DNA from: the human T2T-CHM13v2.0 reference genome, Homo sapiens | Length of the DNA: 64,000 bases | Direction: 5' to 3' (one strand) | Assembly (NCBI RefSeq): GCF_009914755.1 | Contig: NC_060939.1 | Shown: one piece after another, positions 1-14,516 of the stretch | Numbering within the stretch: the stretch's first letter is position 1 | Layout: every line of letters begins with the position of its first letter | Position numbers and translations under genes: made by a program | The notes under the pieces: model-generated | The model's input: the letters and a program-made list of their open reading frames with translations, nothing else | Told to the model about the DNA's origin: nothing | Databases searched by the model: none

Positions 1-783
1 CTCATGCAAATAATCTCAAAGAATGCAGCCTTTTTTTTTTTTTTTCTAACTTCTGATTCTTAAGGATGAAGAATGTGGGTGGGGATGCCTGTTCCCGGTG
101 TCAGTAAGTAAAATCTTCTGGTGGGGAAGTATTTTGAATATTTGCAAAGAAAGTTCAATGCTCTCCAAAGTGGAGGTAGAAACTGGCACCAGGGATTTCT
201 GTGTACCTGCCTAGAAATACAGGGCTTTAATCTACAGCCAATGTGAACTTTTGTAACTCTTTAAAACATCATCATTTCTGAGGGACTTCAGACTCTGTTC
301 TGTAGGTCAGCACCAGACCAACAATATAGAGTTCCTGTGATCACTTATGATTTGAAACATAAACTCAGGCTTTGAATGTTTTAAAAACACCCGTATAACT
401 ATGGGTTGTTTAAAAATAGCTATACCCCAAAGAGTTTATTTCCAACATCTGACATGAATGCATTTTGCAGCGATTTGTTATGCAAATAATGGTAGCAGGG
501 AAGACATATGAAAAAACATTGACCCTTCTCAAAGCCCGATGGATTTAATGCTTTTGTTAATTCTGAATTCCAAGTCTAGGGGTTGTCTGTTTGTGGTGTA
601 TAAAATAAAATACTATATGCCTGCCTCAACTTTCCTTCTGATGAAGCTGTAATTTGCAAAGGAGCTATTGTTCCTCTATGGCTTCCCTAATTTTTCTTCA
701 CAGACAACTGTGCTTCAGTGTGGAGAGGGGTTTCAGTGTATTGGCTGTTGAGATGATGCTGTGAGTATTTTCAAGGCAGAGGG

Positions 784-1150
<367 letters not shown>

Positions 1151-1273
1151 TTATGACCCCGGGTTACCTAAATATGTTGCCTTCTAATGTTGTTTTGTGA
1201 GAGGTAGGAAGTAGGGTAGACATCATCAGTCTTAGATTTGTCAATGGGAGAAAACCAAGGGACAGACTTTTTT

Positions 1274-1284
1274 GCCGCCATTTT
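1274..1284. promoter_or_regulatory. YY1 consensus motif
   Basis: GCCGCCATTTT (AAAATGGCGGC on minus) with its CpG retained. Motif evidence only. Confidence 0.35.
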
Positions 1285-3209
1285 GTCCTTCTAAAGTGTT
1301 AGCTCCTTTTTCCCACTTTACAACTCCTCCTTTCTCCCCTCCTCCTCTGCTCTGCTCTTCTCCACCGCCACCACTCCCAGCAGCTGTTTATTAAATGCCC
1401 ACTGCATGCTAGCTTTCTAATTTCTTCTTGTCTCTAATGGTCATATTTTAGGATGTCATTCCTCTACTGACAGCTACCACTTCTAGAGTAATCCTAACCT
1501 GTAATTCTTTTCTTAGAGGATAAGTAGAAAATACGTAATGGGAGGTGGGGGGAAATGGTTTTGATCTTCAATTAGTGTAACTGATAGGGAGGAAAGGGCT
1601 TGGGTTAAGGGAATGTCTTATGAAGCAGCAGCTGTTTTATAAGGGACTCATCTGGAGAAGTGGGGTGTATCCTCTACTGATAAGGGAGAAGACCCACAGA
1701 AAGCCAACTAGCATCAAAACAGCCCCAGCATCCAAGCACAGAGGAAGTGAGCCTTCTGACCCCCATGATCTAATAAGCCCCAATATTAGTCCATACAGGA
1801 GATGAGCAACATCCCAGGGTGAGTGAGTCAGTCACTCAAGTCCCCGGCCCAAAAGTGTAATGGACTTTGTTTTATGGTTTAATGGACATTTAGCTGAGTT
1901 AAAAGGGTTAACAAGTCTGAACACTTCTCTGAAACCTGATGAGATATCCAAGCATCTTTTTTCTGAAGGTCTCCATTGAAAATACCACTTATGAGTAACT
2001 TCTGTAAAGAAAACCCATCTGAAAATACCAGAGATGAACCAGCTGCTTTTTTCCCCCTGAACTCTTAGCAAATGATCTAAGGGCTTAAACACATTAAAGG
2101 CCACAATTTCAACTTCTGGAATCAATAGGGCAAAGGAATGTGGGCATATTCATTTAAATATGAATTTGCTGACTCCATTCTTACTCTCTTGGGTTCCTCC
2201 ATAAGCCCAGACCTTACACTAAAAGGCAGCTACTTCTCACACTGCAGCAGGATTTTGAGAACCATCGCCCTTTGTCATCTTCACCCTGACCCTTCTCATC
2301 ATTTTTTCTGATTCTCAGAACCTCCTGGCATTTATTTCCAATTCAGTTCTGTTTCCTTTCACCAACTCGGGTTAGTTGAGGCTGGACCCTAGCATGCCTG
2401 TTTTGTCATACTCTGATGAAAAGCAAATTAAATTCTTGGATGGTAAACTCTTTTCTTAAACTTCTGTCTGGTTCTTTGGAAAAAAATTAAAAATTATATT
2501 TCTGTTAATATCAACCAAAATATTGAATCCATCTCAGGGTCCTACATCCCTTGACCAACAAGCTGATAAAACTGCCTAGCTCATCTTAGTCAACCTCTTC
2601 CTCTCACATGGTGTGTGGAACAGAACTTGGTCTCCCTTGGGCTTCAGTAGTAGCAAATTGAGGAAGTAAGACCTTAATTACATATAACCATGTTTCCACC
2701 CTACGTTAGCTCTGTTCCCTTGCTCTTTCACATTTCAAGCTGCCTCAAGGAGGAAAAAATCAGACAGATAAAACACAAACAAAAGACAGAAAACAGGAGC
2801 TCAAGGGCTAAATCAAGACTATTAATAGTTCCTCCAAACAAAGAAACCGACTGCCATCATCCAAGCTCTGTTCATCTAATTCTTCCTTTCTCCAAATGTG
2901 GCTGAAACTCATCTCCCTTTTAGCCTTCTCTTACTCCCACCGTTATTATTTTCAGCAATTTTTCCCTAAGACAAGGCAGCAGCAGCAAGAAGTGAGAAAA
3001 TAAAGGTAATCTAGGTAGTACCTTTCTTTGAACAAATAGTTTTCCATCTTTTTCTTATTTCCACTGATCTTGAAAACAGAATCACTGTTTAAAGGGGAGA
3101 AGCCCTAGTTCCCTCTGATCACCTTGGTTAATTTTAGAATGGGTGCTTCATATTCACCACACAGAGAAATCTAAGGCTTTTATTCAGGTGAACCCTTCAA
3201 AATGATAAC

Positions 3210-3414
3210 ATTATGACACCAAAGCTTTTAAAAGTCTTGCTGTTCTGAAACTGCCATTGCAGTTTGGCTTTGTGGCTTTGGATACTCTCAGAGGGAAGGC
3301 ATCACCTTTGTTAGAGTTTGTGAATTTAAATTAGTTTGGGTTTGTTTGGAAGCAGAGCAACATCAGAAAATCCAGTCCCTTTCTACCTAAAAGCACAAGG
3401 CTGCTAGTGAGCAG
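3210..3414. repeat. Left arm of ~200-bp inverted duplication (partner 4459-4659)
   Basis: Reverse complement of 4459-4659 aligns by hand at roughly 90% identity; the inner 29 nt CCTAAAAGCACAAGGCTGCTAGTGAGCAG are identical. Confidence 0.95.
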
Positions 3415-4086
3415 GCCCATGAGGAAGAGCTGGAGGAGAGGGCAGGACACAGGGATGTCACCCAGCCTAGCTGGGATACGTGTCAGGCCTGACCACGTAA
3501 TCACAGATACTCATGAACAAGGGAAAGCAGACTATTCAGATACAATGAAAACTGATTTTAAATAAGAGGCATCTCTTATTTTATTATTTTTTCTAAATCG
3601 TGGCTCTAAAAAAATAAACTTAGAATTATTTTCCTCTTCCAAAGTGAAATATCTTTTTCTTCCTGGCTTAGACCACCAACCAGGTTTCTGCTGCCGGAAG
3701 CCGGGAAAATACTGGATATTCTTTGAGGAAGCCTGATCAGATGCCCTATTATCCCAATTTCCAAACCAAAGATGCTTGGAGATGAAGACACACTTTTTTG
3801 GTGTGTGTTCTAAGTTGCAACCTCAAAAACTTGGCAGTTTTCTCACCATGGACTGTGATTTCCATGATGTGATGGTTTGGAAGGGTTTGTTTTCAAATAG
3901 ATGTTATGGGGTGATTCCAAGGGAATTCTATTTCAATCCTCCTGAGTTGACAACCTTTCCTTCTTAAGTGTAACTTTGGTGTTCAGATAACCTTGGGACA
4001 CAGACAAGGAAGATTCCCAGTGGTAAATGTCTGTGTGGTACAAAATGGGAAGGCAGAAAGTGAAGCTTGTAAAGTCATGAAAATAA

Positions 4087-4438
<352 letters not shown>

Positions 4439-4458
4439 TCACAGCTGGGATTACAAGG

Positions 4459-4659
4459 CTGCTCACTAGCAGCCTTGTGCTTTTAGGAAGAAAGGGACTA
4501 GATTTCTGATGTAGCTCTGCTTCCAAACAAACCCAAACTCATTCAAATTCACAAACTCTAAAAGGTGATGCCTTCCCTCTGAGAATGTCCAAAGTCACAA
4601 AGCCAACTGCATGGCGGTTTGGGAATGGCAAAACTTTTAAAAGCTTTTGGTATCATAAT
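4459..4659. repeat. Right arm of ~200-bp inverted duplication (partner 3210-3414)
   Basis: CTGCTCACTAGCAGCCTTGTGCTTTTAGG...GCTTTTGGTATCATAAT is the reverse complement of 3210-3414. Confidence 0.95.
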
Positions 4660-4979
4660 TTACTTTTATTTAGGAGGATAGTATAGTTCACATTTTCTCC
4701 TTTTTCACAGGTTCTATTTAGTGTCATTTATAGTAGCAATAATTCATATTCTAACTTAGCTTTACCTCAGCAACTCTTTCTCCCCTTACTTTTAGTCTCA
4801 GTACTACAAATGCCCGCATGCTTTCTCCCCAGAACCGAGGCCTTCATATTTTTCTCCCTAAGCTGTATATGTCTTACAAACTTGTAAAATGAATGTAAAT
4901 GAATGTAAAACTTTCCCCTTGTTTGGTGAAGAACAAGAGGATACACCCATTGCTTGAGCATACATCTCCCTCAGTCTCT

Positions 4980-5712
<733 letters not shown>

Positions 5713-5759
5713 TCTCCCTCAGTCTCTTTATTATATGCTTGATCCATCAGAAAGTCTCA

Positions 5760-6095
5760 AGGTTCTATGCACCTCAGCAACCCCAGTGATAAGGCAAGGG
5801 GTTCATGGACTGAGTCCTGAAGCCCTCTTGTGTTTAGAGATTGGGAAGATGAAGAACCAGCTTAGGAGATTGAGGAATGCCCATGAAGTAGAGAGAAGAC
5901 AAAAGAGGGTTAGGACCTAAAGCAAGAAGGAGTTTTCAATCCATCATTTGATCAGCTATATCTAATGCTCCTGAAAGGTGGAGTAAGATTTTGCGTCAGA
6001 TATATAGGGTCTTTTAGACTGGAATAGTGTCTGATTCTTCTTTTTTTCCTCAGAGTCTCACATATAGTAGATAACTTATAAATGCTGAATGAACA
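5760..6095. mobile_element. Degraded L2 fragments
   Basis: L2-like purine-rich body segment and an L2 3'-end-like ...CATATAGTAGATAACTTATAAATGCTGAATGAA. Confidence 0.45.
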
Positions 6096-9000
6096 ACTGA
6101 AAAAGAATAGTAGTGATTGGTCACAGAGAATGGGATGTGCTCTCTGTTAATTCCTTGCCCATCAACAGATGCCCATCCTAGGGCAAAATGGGAGAAAGAC
6201 TATCATTTCCACAGTCCTCATGCTGAATGGATCCCAAGTGCTATTGCCTCATTTATGTAGCATGATCCAGAGACACTTCCAGTCTGAAGAACTTCAAAGG
6301 TTTTAGGAGGCTGAGGTGGAGGGCTCGGGGAGCAATGAAGGCAAGAGGGAAAGGGATGAACAACCACAATAAAAGGCCGGCACGTTCACAACAATGTTGG
6401 GCAAAGACAGTGATTCCTGAATATGAAGGAATCTGGAGAGCGAGTCACAAGAAACTGAAAACATAAGGGGGTGGAGGAGATGCTGAGAGAAAACAGAAAG
6501 CTATGAAAGAAGGCAGACGCTCAAACCGAGGTAAGAGAGAAAAAATTAAAAGCGGAAGGGGAGAAAGAAAAAAAATCGGAGAGGTGAGGCCAATGTATGG
6601 AAAAAGAGCAAAGGAAACACAGGGCCATTGTCTGATGCTGAGAACAGTCTGGAGACTGAGCAACTGGTGCCCGATTTCTGTGCATCTCAAGAGGAGATAA
6701 ATGGCAGATTGAAGGGACCCTCTTGGCATTCTGGATCCAAGAGGAAAACATAGCAGGCGCAGTGAAATGCTCAAGTAAACACAAACAGCAGCAGCCGTGG
6801 GGTTACGAGTGACCTGACTGCAGGCTCTGTCCTCTCCTGGCCTCCAGCCTGTGTGTACAACACACATGCCCGCTTAAAGCCCCGCTTAAAGCGGGAGGGC
6901 AAAAATCTCCTGCAACTGGGTGACCTCTGTTGTCAGCATTTGGCTAATTAAGGAAAGATATTACCCTACAGATCTCTATGCCTTGGTCCTACTTCCTGCT
7001 CGTTAAAAAATGGTTTAATGAGAAAAAAATCAAGGCAACAGAATCCAAATTATTATTTTTTCTCCCAAATGAGCTGAATGACAGTGGCTGTTGCCAGAAC
7101 GCTTGAACAATAGGATTGTGACACGAAGACTGAAATCTAAACAACATGAAGAAATCTCGAGAGCCCAGCAGTCCCCATTATCTCATGCTTGCACGACGAT
7201 AGTCCAAAAGATGAGTGATGAGTCTCCATTTGTGCAAGCACAGCAGCAGTCCAAGGCCCTGACACAGCCACTAATTGCCCATCTGCTTGTTTACACAGCC
7301 CAGAGATGGTGACTGGACAAACAGCTCATTTCCCTTGAAACGGGACCAAACTGGGAGGAGCCTGTCACATGGGACAGAGGAGGACTAGGAAGAACTCTCA
7401 TGAGAAAGTGCCCCCAGATCAAAGCCAAGGACCAGCAAGCCAAGCAAAGATGGGTTCCAGCGGCTGGCTTCTCACAGGCAGCTTCGGGTCTACCGCTTTC
7501 TGCACCCTGCCCACCCACTCCCAGCAGAACTGGAACCCCTCTCCCTGAGGACAGGACATTTTGAACCATTCACGTAAAAGTCTCAACCACGGAGCGTCAG
7601 CACCAACCCACCCTTCAGGCGTTGGCAGCAAGGACAACTGTGTTCAGGTGAACTTCTAGCCCTTTCAGACTTCACTGGATGCTTGGCATTTGCTACACTA
7701 GTTCCCATTTTAGTGTTCTGCTTGTCTCGTAGACTGGACTGTAAACAACTTGAGCACAAGGGACCTGAAGCCCCCGGATTCCACAGCAGGGCACTTTACA
7801 TGTGAAGAGCCATTAGCCAGGAAATGCTTATGGTTGTTAATGATGATAAGCTACTCCAAACATAGTTTCTTTTATCTGCCTACATCAGAAGCTTGGCTTC
7901 TTGAGACAAGAGACTCAGACTTCTCATTTATACTCTTGACAGACTGTGGAAATCAATAATGGCTTGCACCCATCAGTGTCCTGGAAGTAGGATTGAGAGA
8001 GAAGATTCTCTTGAGAACCGATTTCTCCTCAAAATAAGATTAGGCTTGAAAAAAAAAAAATCAACCTCCCCACTGCTTAGCTCACAGGTATGGTGCTAAT
8101 GGCAGCAACTTAGTCATGAAATGGGAAACAACAATGTAAAAAATCCTTGTTAATTTGCTTATAATTATCCAGAACTAACTACAGGTACACTGAAGAACTG
8201 TATACTTGATGGGAGGGAGATCTACACCGCTAAGTCAATAAGACCAATTTCCGATTTTTCCCTGTGAGCATTTATTTGCAGAGCCACATATTGGCAACAT
8301 AAGAAACTAGTGTTGAACAAACCTAAGAAGTGATGAATCCTCCCCGGGAGGAGAGCTGCAGCCCTGAAATCCAAAGCAGAATGGGCTGGGGGCAGCTTGA
8401 GGTCTGTGGGCGAAACTCAGCACTCCCAGTCTAGGGTGCTGCTCACCCATTAACTTGGCCTCCTCTTGCCACTGTTGTTTTAGCCCTTAGTGAGCATCTG
8501 TGTGGCTCAGATTTAACCAGACCAAAGGGGCTGTGGTGGTGAGAGGGCAGAGAAAGCTGGAGGAAGAAATGGCTTTTTTTCTGGAGAGGAGTGAGGACTA
8601 AGTCACTTCAAGGATGATCATATTCCCAGGAGGAGCCATGATATGATATTATTTGAATATCTAGCTCCACGCAGCTCTATTTTTCCCTTCTCACTACTAG
8701 AAGATTGTAATCACCCGGTATCAGCACATTCAAGATACTACCGAGGACCTAACAGCATGCCCAAAACCTCTCATCTCTGCACATAACTGCGTACAAATGA
8801 CTAAAATCACTTTGCTTCAAAAACAGAGTAGCTGTGTGAAAGGCATTTTAGAGCATGTGGGATTCCACACACAGGCAAGTTCCAGGGATCTCAGAAGCTT
8901 GGCTATTTCGTTCAGTGCCAAGGAGGCAAAGATGAGGACAGGCAGTCGTGTGGGTGGGAGGCAGTCCTTGGATGATTAGCACAGGTGTCCAGGAGGGAGG

Positions 9001-10263
9001 GGAGGGTATGGAAATGGTACAAACATGAGAGGAAGCTGTGCCAGTGGGTCATCATGCCCCATTTGTACAGAACATTGAGTGGACTGTAACTGTGGACAAC
9101 TGAAATACCGAAAAGAAAATGTGCACACACTGTTTAAATTCTAAACAGTGGGAGAATCGTTGTTTAAAGAAGAACAGATAATTGCTCATTCCACCCTCCC
9201 CAGTCTTTGAAAGATAGACACAGGAGTGTCACACAGTACAAGAGTTTGTATTACACAGAAAGAGGGACTTACAGACAGAAACAAAATTTAAAAACAAACA
9301 AACCACCAGCATTTATCACCGTTTATCCAGCCAGTGGTTTTCTTTATCCCCTTGGCTATTACTTTAGATATTTTTGCTTGGAACTTCTCCCCCACTTTTT
9401 CTGACAGCTCATTGATCTTGGGTTGGATCATCACAGTTCGTGGGAAACAATACAGGCTACTTTTCTAGCTTATTCCTTCTTAGATGCCTCTTGGATATTG
9501 TCCATTTAATATGTTTGAGAAATATAGAGAGACAAAACACACAGTGTTTTAATCTCAGAGTATATGTAGTGTGTCCCTGGAGAAGAAGTCTCATATATCC
9601 AAGGGAATCATTCCATTATTTTAAAGTAAGGCTTGTATTTCAGATTGATCCACCTGGAACATGTAATCAAAACTCATGAACTTTAATATAAATTCCAGAT
9701 TCTGGTTTCTTATCTATATTTTTGGGAACATAACATTGGTAGATAAACTAATTGAAAAAAATATTTTCAATGTTGATTTAGAAATGGCTTTTAACTATTT
9801 CTACACATTCCATCACTCCATCTCAGAAGAAGCGGAGTAGAAAACTGCAGCAAATGGGACTTTATATTAAAGTCCTAGGAAATATATTCTGGCTGATGTG
9901 ATGGTTCTTGTGTGTTTCAGTAGGCATGTAACATGTGAATCGCTTTGTGGAACTGGGTTCGTGAGGCTAGTATTTATGAAGCTGTATATTTCCTTCTGTG
10001 TAGTAACACAGAGAGTGATTCAGGAGAATGAGAAAATCCTGTTTCCTGGAAATACCATCCATCCTGAAGGAGTTACGAGAACCAGAACAGATATGTATTT
10101 TGCTATTTATCTCACACTTAAAGATTATACAATCCATTTTCCTAGGGCAAGCACAAATGGTCAGTTTTATAAATCTTGATGGACTAAGTCAAGTAAAAAA
10201 GCCCACTAGTTAAGAGTCCAGATATCGAGAGACACAAATCTGAGGAACGATCAATTAGGACAC

Positions 10264-10776
10264 CGTGGTAGCTTGTCTCCAAGATGTCCATCATCAGCTC
10301 TTTCCTTCCCTGCATGTTTGTGCTGTTCTCTAGTTGAACGGTGGCGTCTATTCACTCCCTTAAAACTGGACTGGACTGTGACTTCTCTGAACAACAGTGA
10401 CGTGATGTTTCATTCCCAGTGTTTGAGAGGATAGGAAATTTCTAATTTCTTTTCCTTGGAACATTTGCTCAGGAAAAAGCCAGTAACTATGTAAGAAGGC
10501 TAACTACTGCGAGACCACCATGCTATGAGAAAGCGCAAGCCATGTGGAGTGACTGCACGGGCTCTCAGAGATGCCCAGCCAAGCCCCACCCTCCATCCAC
10601 CCGAGCCGAGGCTCTGCAGCCTACAGATGATTTCAATTCCAGCCATAATCTAACTCCAACTTCACAGGAGACCTGAAGCAAGAACTAGCCAGTTAAGTCT
10701 AATCAACTCATTAAACTGTGAGAGATAGGCATACATTGTTGTAGCCTACTAAGTTTTGAGATGGTTGGTTATGCAC
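10264..10776 (+). mobile_element. MLT1 (G/H-like) ERVL-MaLR solo LTR
   Basis: Diagnostic segments GAGACCACCATGCTATGAGAAAGC.CAAGCCATGTGGAG, GAGATGCCCAGCCAAGCCCCA and terminal CTAAGTTTTGAGATGGTTGGTTATGCA. Confidence 0.8.
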
Positions 10777-10825
10777 TGTGGATTCCTATTACCAATCGGC
10801 TATAATTATAAAATATCCACTGGCA

Positions 10826-10915
10826 AATATAAGTTCCAGAGGCAAAGACTGTGTTCCTTTTGCTCATCATTGTATTCATAACATGCAGCACAGTGCCTAG
10901 AACACAGAAAGCCCT
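10826..10915 (+). mobile_element. L2 3'-end fragment
   Basis: TATAAGTTCCAGAGGCAAAGACTGTG...GCACAGTGCCTAGAACACAG resembles the L2 terminus. Confidence 0.55.
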
Positions 10916-11132
10916 AAACTAATAATACGTAAAAGTTTGAAAAAGTTTATCTGTACTAGTATGAAAGAAAGACCCATAGTCAAACGGCTGACATTTTTTA
11001 GCAAGTTTGATGGGCACAATAACCTTATGGTGGTGGTATTACTACCTCTGTCTTTGAGATGAGGGAACCTCAGCTTTTTTTTTTTTTTTTTTGAGGAAGT
11101 AAGCTTCCCAAGCTCAGAAAGGTAGGGGAGAG

Positions 11133-11439
<307 letters not shown>

Positions 11440-12592
11440 AGAAAGGTAGGGGAGAGATTTGAACTCAGATTTGTGCAATTCTAAAGCCAGCCTGTTTATT
11501 ATAGTCTCCCAGGAGACAACAACAGAAACAATGAGAAAACAATTTGAAAGAGATGCAAAACCCACCCCTTGAATCTTACCCAGGACTATGGAGCTCCATT
11601 AATTGCTGTCAACACGCTGGAACCTATTTCACATGAAGCTCAGACCAATTACAATTAATGCCACAGTCATGACTACAAACTAGAAACCAATGCCAGAGGA
11701 AGCTTAAGTTAAAGAAAGCAACGATCACGCACATATATTATGTTAGCAATTAGGCTTAATCCTAGAATCGTGAAGCCAAAGAGAATATATTAAAGAGAGA
11801 ACAGTGCCCTCCTGGGAAGAAGAGCAATTTCAAATAGACTTTTTAGTGGCTTTCTACATTACTTACTTGAATATATTATGCTCCCCTAGAATTACTATAT
11901 TACAATTACTCACGCCACATTTTATTTATTTCAGCAAGGAAATGGGATGGTGCAATGAGCTCAGTGGGCAGACGGTTTGGTTATTTCAATGAATAATTTG
12001 AATGTCAACAAGTTGGTGGATGCTAAGATGAAAGGGGAAGTAGTAAATAGCAAAGGTCTCAATGCCTGACTCTGAGATGGAGTAAGGATGAGCTATCAGG
12101 ACTGGCACTTCACTTCTAAATGTTGAGCACTCAGGTTTTGCTAAATTTATAAAAGCACATGAACTAACTAACATCGCATATTTCCTTAACGAGAAAACCA
12201 GTTTATCTCTGTTTAAAACAGTTCTGATCTACTCAAATACACATTTTTAATTTTCACTGAAAAATGTTATAAATAAATCAAAATTTAAATAAAAAAACTG
12301 GGAGGGAAAGGTAGATCTACTTCTCAATTCAGAAGATTAATAAAAGGATTAAGGAATTAAATAATCACATTCTCTAGCCTCAGCTCACGACTTTTTCAAG
12401 GCTCAGTTTCTCAATAAATGGAAAAGCAAATTCTCATTCTCCCAATCTGTTTGAAAGCAGAGCTGGGGTGTTACAGTGATTAACAGTTATCAAGGCCCAT
12501 TAAAGTTGTTAATTATAGTGGCGTTCACTATCTTTTTCCATCATTTTTAGCTATTGAGACAGGGTCTTTGTGGATCCCAAGGATCATGTGTT

Positions 12593-12626
12593 TGCAGTTC
12601 AATTCAGCAGCCACTAGGTGGTAATA
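12593..12626 (+). promoter_or_regulatory. Candidate CTCF site with upstream module
   Basis: Core CAGCCACTAGGTGGTAAT preceded by TGCAGTTC. Motif evidence only. Confidence 0.5.
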
Positions 12627-13849
12627 TTGTTGATTTTGGTAGCCATGAAGTGTGATCTATCAGACCTGCCCTCTTAAATGGAATTATGTACATCCCTTAT
12701 ATCATCAAGATGTAATTATAGAAATAATTATACTTTAAAATATGTAAAATATTTTAATTGTGAAAAATATAATCCCTTATAAAAGTTCCATGCATATCTG
12801 GTACCTTTTAAACTTATGCTAATTCTACTTACCTTTTATTCTAATTATACACATGACTATCTTCAAATTATACATATAACAAAAATAAAGTGTCTGGTCT
12901 TAACAGAAATCCAGCTTATATTCATTGCTTCTGGCTTATTTTTAGAAGAGATGAAAAAGATGCACATAACTTTCCTTCTAAAATTATGGCCGTCCTCTGT
13001 AGTAAATAATTATTTGCCACTTGAACTTGGAACCACTGCTATTCGCACCATTGGGTAAGTAAAATTTCTGTGATTAACTTTCTGAGACCCACTGTCTGAA
13101 GCATCTGATAAGATTTGACAAAATCACGTAACAACAGCAGCGGCTGATATACATAGTGCCAGGTTCTGAGCTAACTGCTCCACATACATTAGTCCTGCGT
13201 TCCTACTAGAGCTGCCACAACTCATTTAAGGCCAAATGAACTCAGCAGAAGAAACATACCCGTATTATTTGAAGGAATGAAAAGATCTTTCCAGAATTGG
13301 ACATTGTCTGCGAAACTATGTATTATATAACATGTATTATGCACAATAACTCCCAGAAGGCAATACAGGTGTTAAGCTCTTTCATTATGAAGAAGACAAT
13401 AACTGTATAAATCAAAGAGAAGTCTTGTGATAGCATCTTTGATCAATCACTGATGAAAACCTTGCCATAGTTGTCAAGAATCCAAAGAGAAAGTGGTGGC
13501 TAGGCCAATAATTACGTGAGGCAATTTATCATGAGAACAACCATTATGCAAGATGCAGAGCTCAATACTGATTCCATAAAATACTTAAATACTTGTCACT
13601 GCAATTCTTTACTAATTACAATGGAAACTTTGTTGTTATTGTTGGGAAAGGTAAAAGAGGACCTCTATTAAGACCTCAGAAAAGGAATCTTTGAGGTTAA
13701 GCTGTTACCCAAGGTTAAGGCAAATCTACTATTCTGATACTTTTCTCCTTTAGATGATGAAACAAATATGCTTATTTCTATTTACCCCTAGGGTCCTGGG
13801 ACTCAAAAGAAACCAAGTGGTTCTCTAAGTTAGTAGGATGGCACAGTAA

Positions 13850-13990
13850 CAACGCTGGGATTGAGCTCACCCTGACCCTGAGTAAGTTACCAAGACCCTC
13901 AGACTCAGTTTTCTTATCTGGAAAGTTAGGAATGAAAAAAATCAGTTTCAAAGGATTGCTGCAAAATTAAATGAAGTGCTATGCACCTGT
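13850..13990 (+). mobile_element. MIR
   Basis: Core-like CTCAGTTTTCTTATCTGGAAAGTTAGG...AAAGGATTGCTGCAAAATTAAATGA. Confidence 0.6.
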
Positions 13991-14134
13991 TGAAGTCAAG
14001 TATAGCATGCTCCCCAATCACCCCCCAACACACACACCAGAACTAACAATTCAGGAAGGAAATTTTCAGTATATTGGTGTTTCTCACAGAGGGTCAAAGT
14101 GGGACAATAAGAATGCCTTAAATGTAACACATTG

Positions 14135-14368
14135 TATTTATTAAAGCTTTATAGTTTATATGGTGGTTTCCCATGTATGTTATCTAATTTCATCTTCATA
14201 ATGACACTGTGTACTAGATATTACTATTCCCATTTTACAGACAAGAAAAAAAAAAAGGCCCCAAGAACTTAAAATCCTTTGCAAAATCACATAGAAAGGT
14301 TAAGTGGTGAACCCAGTGTTCAAACCTAGGTCTTCTGACTTCAAGCACAAAGCTCTCTCACTACATTC
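14135..14368 (-). mobile_element. MIR
   Basis: ATTACTATTCCCATTTTACAGACAAGAAA...AAGTGGTGAACCCAGTGTTCAAACCTAGGTCTTCTGACT. Confidence 0.75.
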
Positions 14369-14397
14369 AGAACACTTAAAAACACAACATTTTATTG

Positions 14398-14488
14398 TGC
14401 CTATCGTTAATAAGACTGTATTGCACACTTAAGAATTTGTTAAAGAGGGTAGAATTCATGCTAAGTATTCTTACTAAAATAATAAAAG
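14398..14488 (+). mobile_element. L1M (MB-like) extreme 3' end
   Basis: ACTGTATTGCACACTTAAGAATTTGTTAAAGAGGGTAGA...TATTCTTAC..AATAATAAAA. Confidence 0.7.
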
Positions 14489-14516
14489 TTGTATGTATGT
14501 AGAAAAAAGTATTGCT

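Noticed and set aside
6445-6867. 140-aa minus-strand ORF
   Set aside because: The C-terminal half comes from a pyrimidine-rich low-complexity stretch, and I recognise no homology.
9128-9150. Short hairpins (also ~9857-9875 and ~44017-44044)
   Set aside because: Stems of about 8-9 bp are expected by chance at this window size.
13003-13054. Possible 52-nt plus-strand exon (TGTAG|...TGG|GTAAGT)
   Set aside because: Good donor but a weak polypyrimidine tract, not frame-preserving, and the peptide NNYLPLELGTTAIRTIG is unrecognised.
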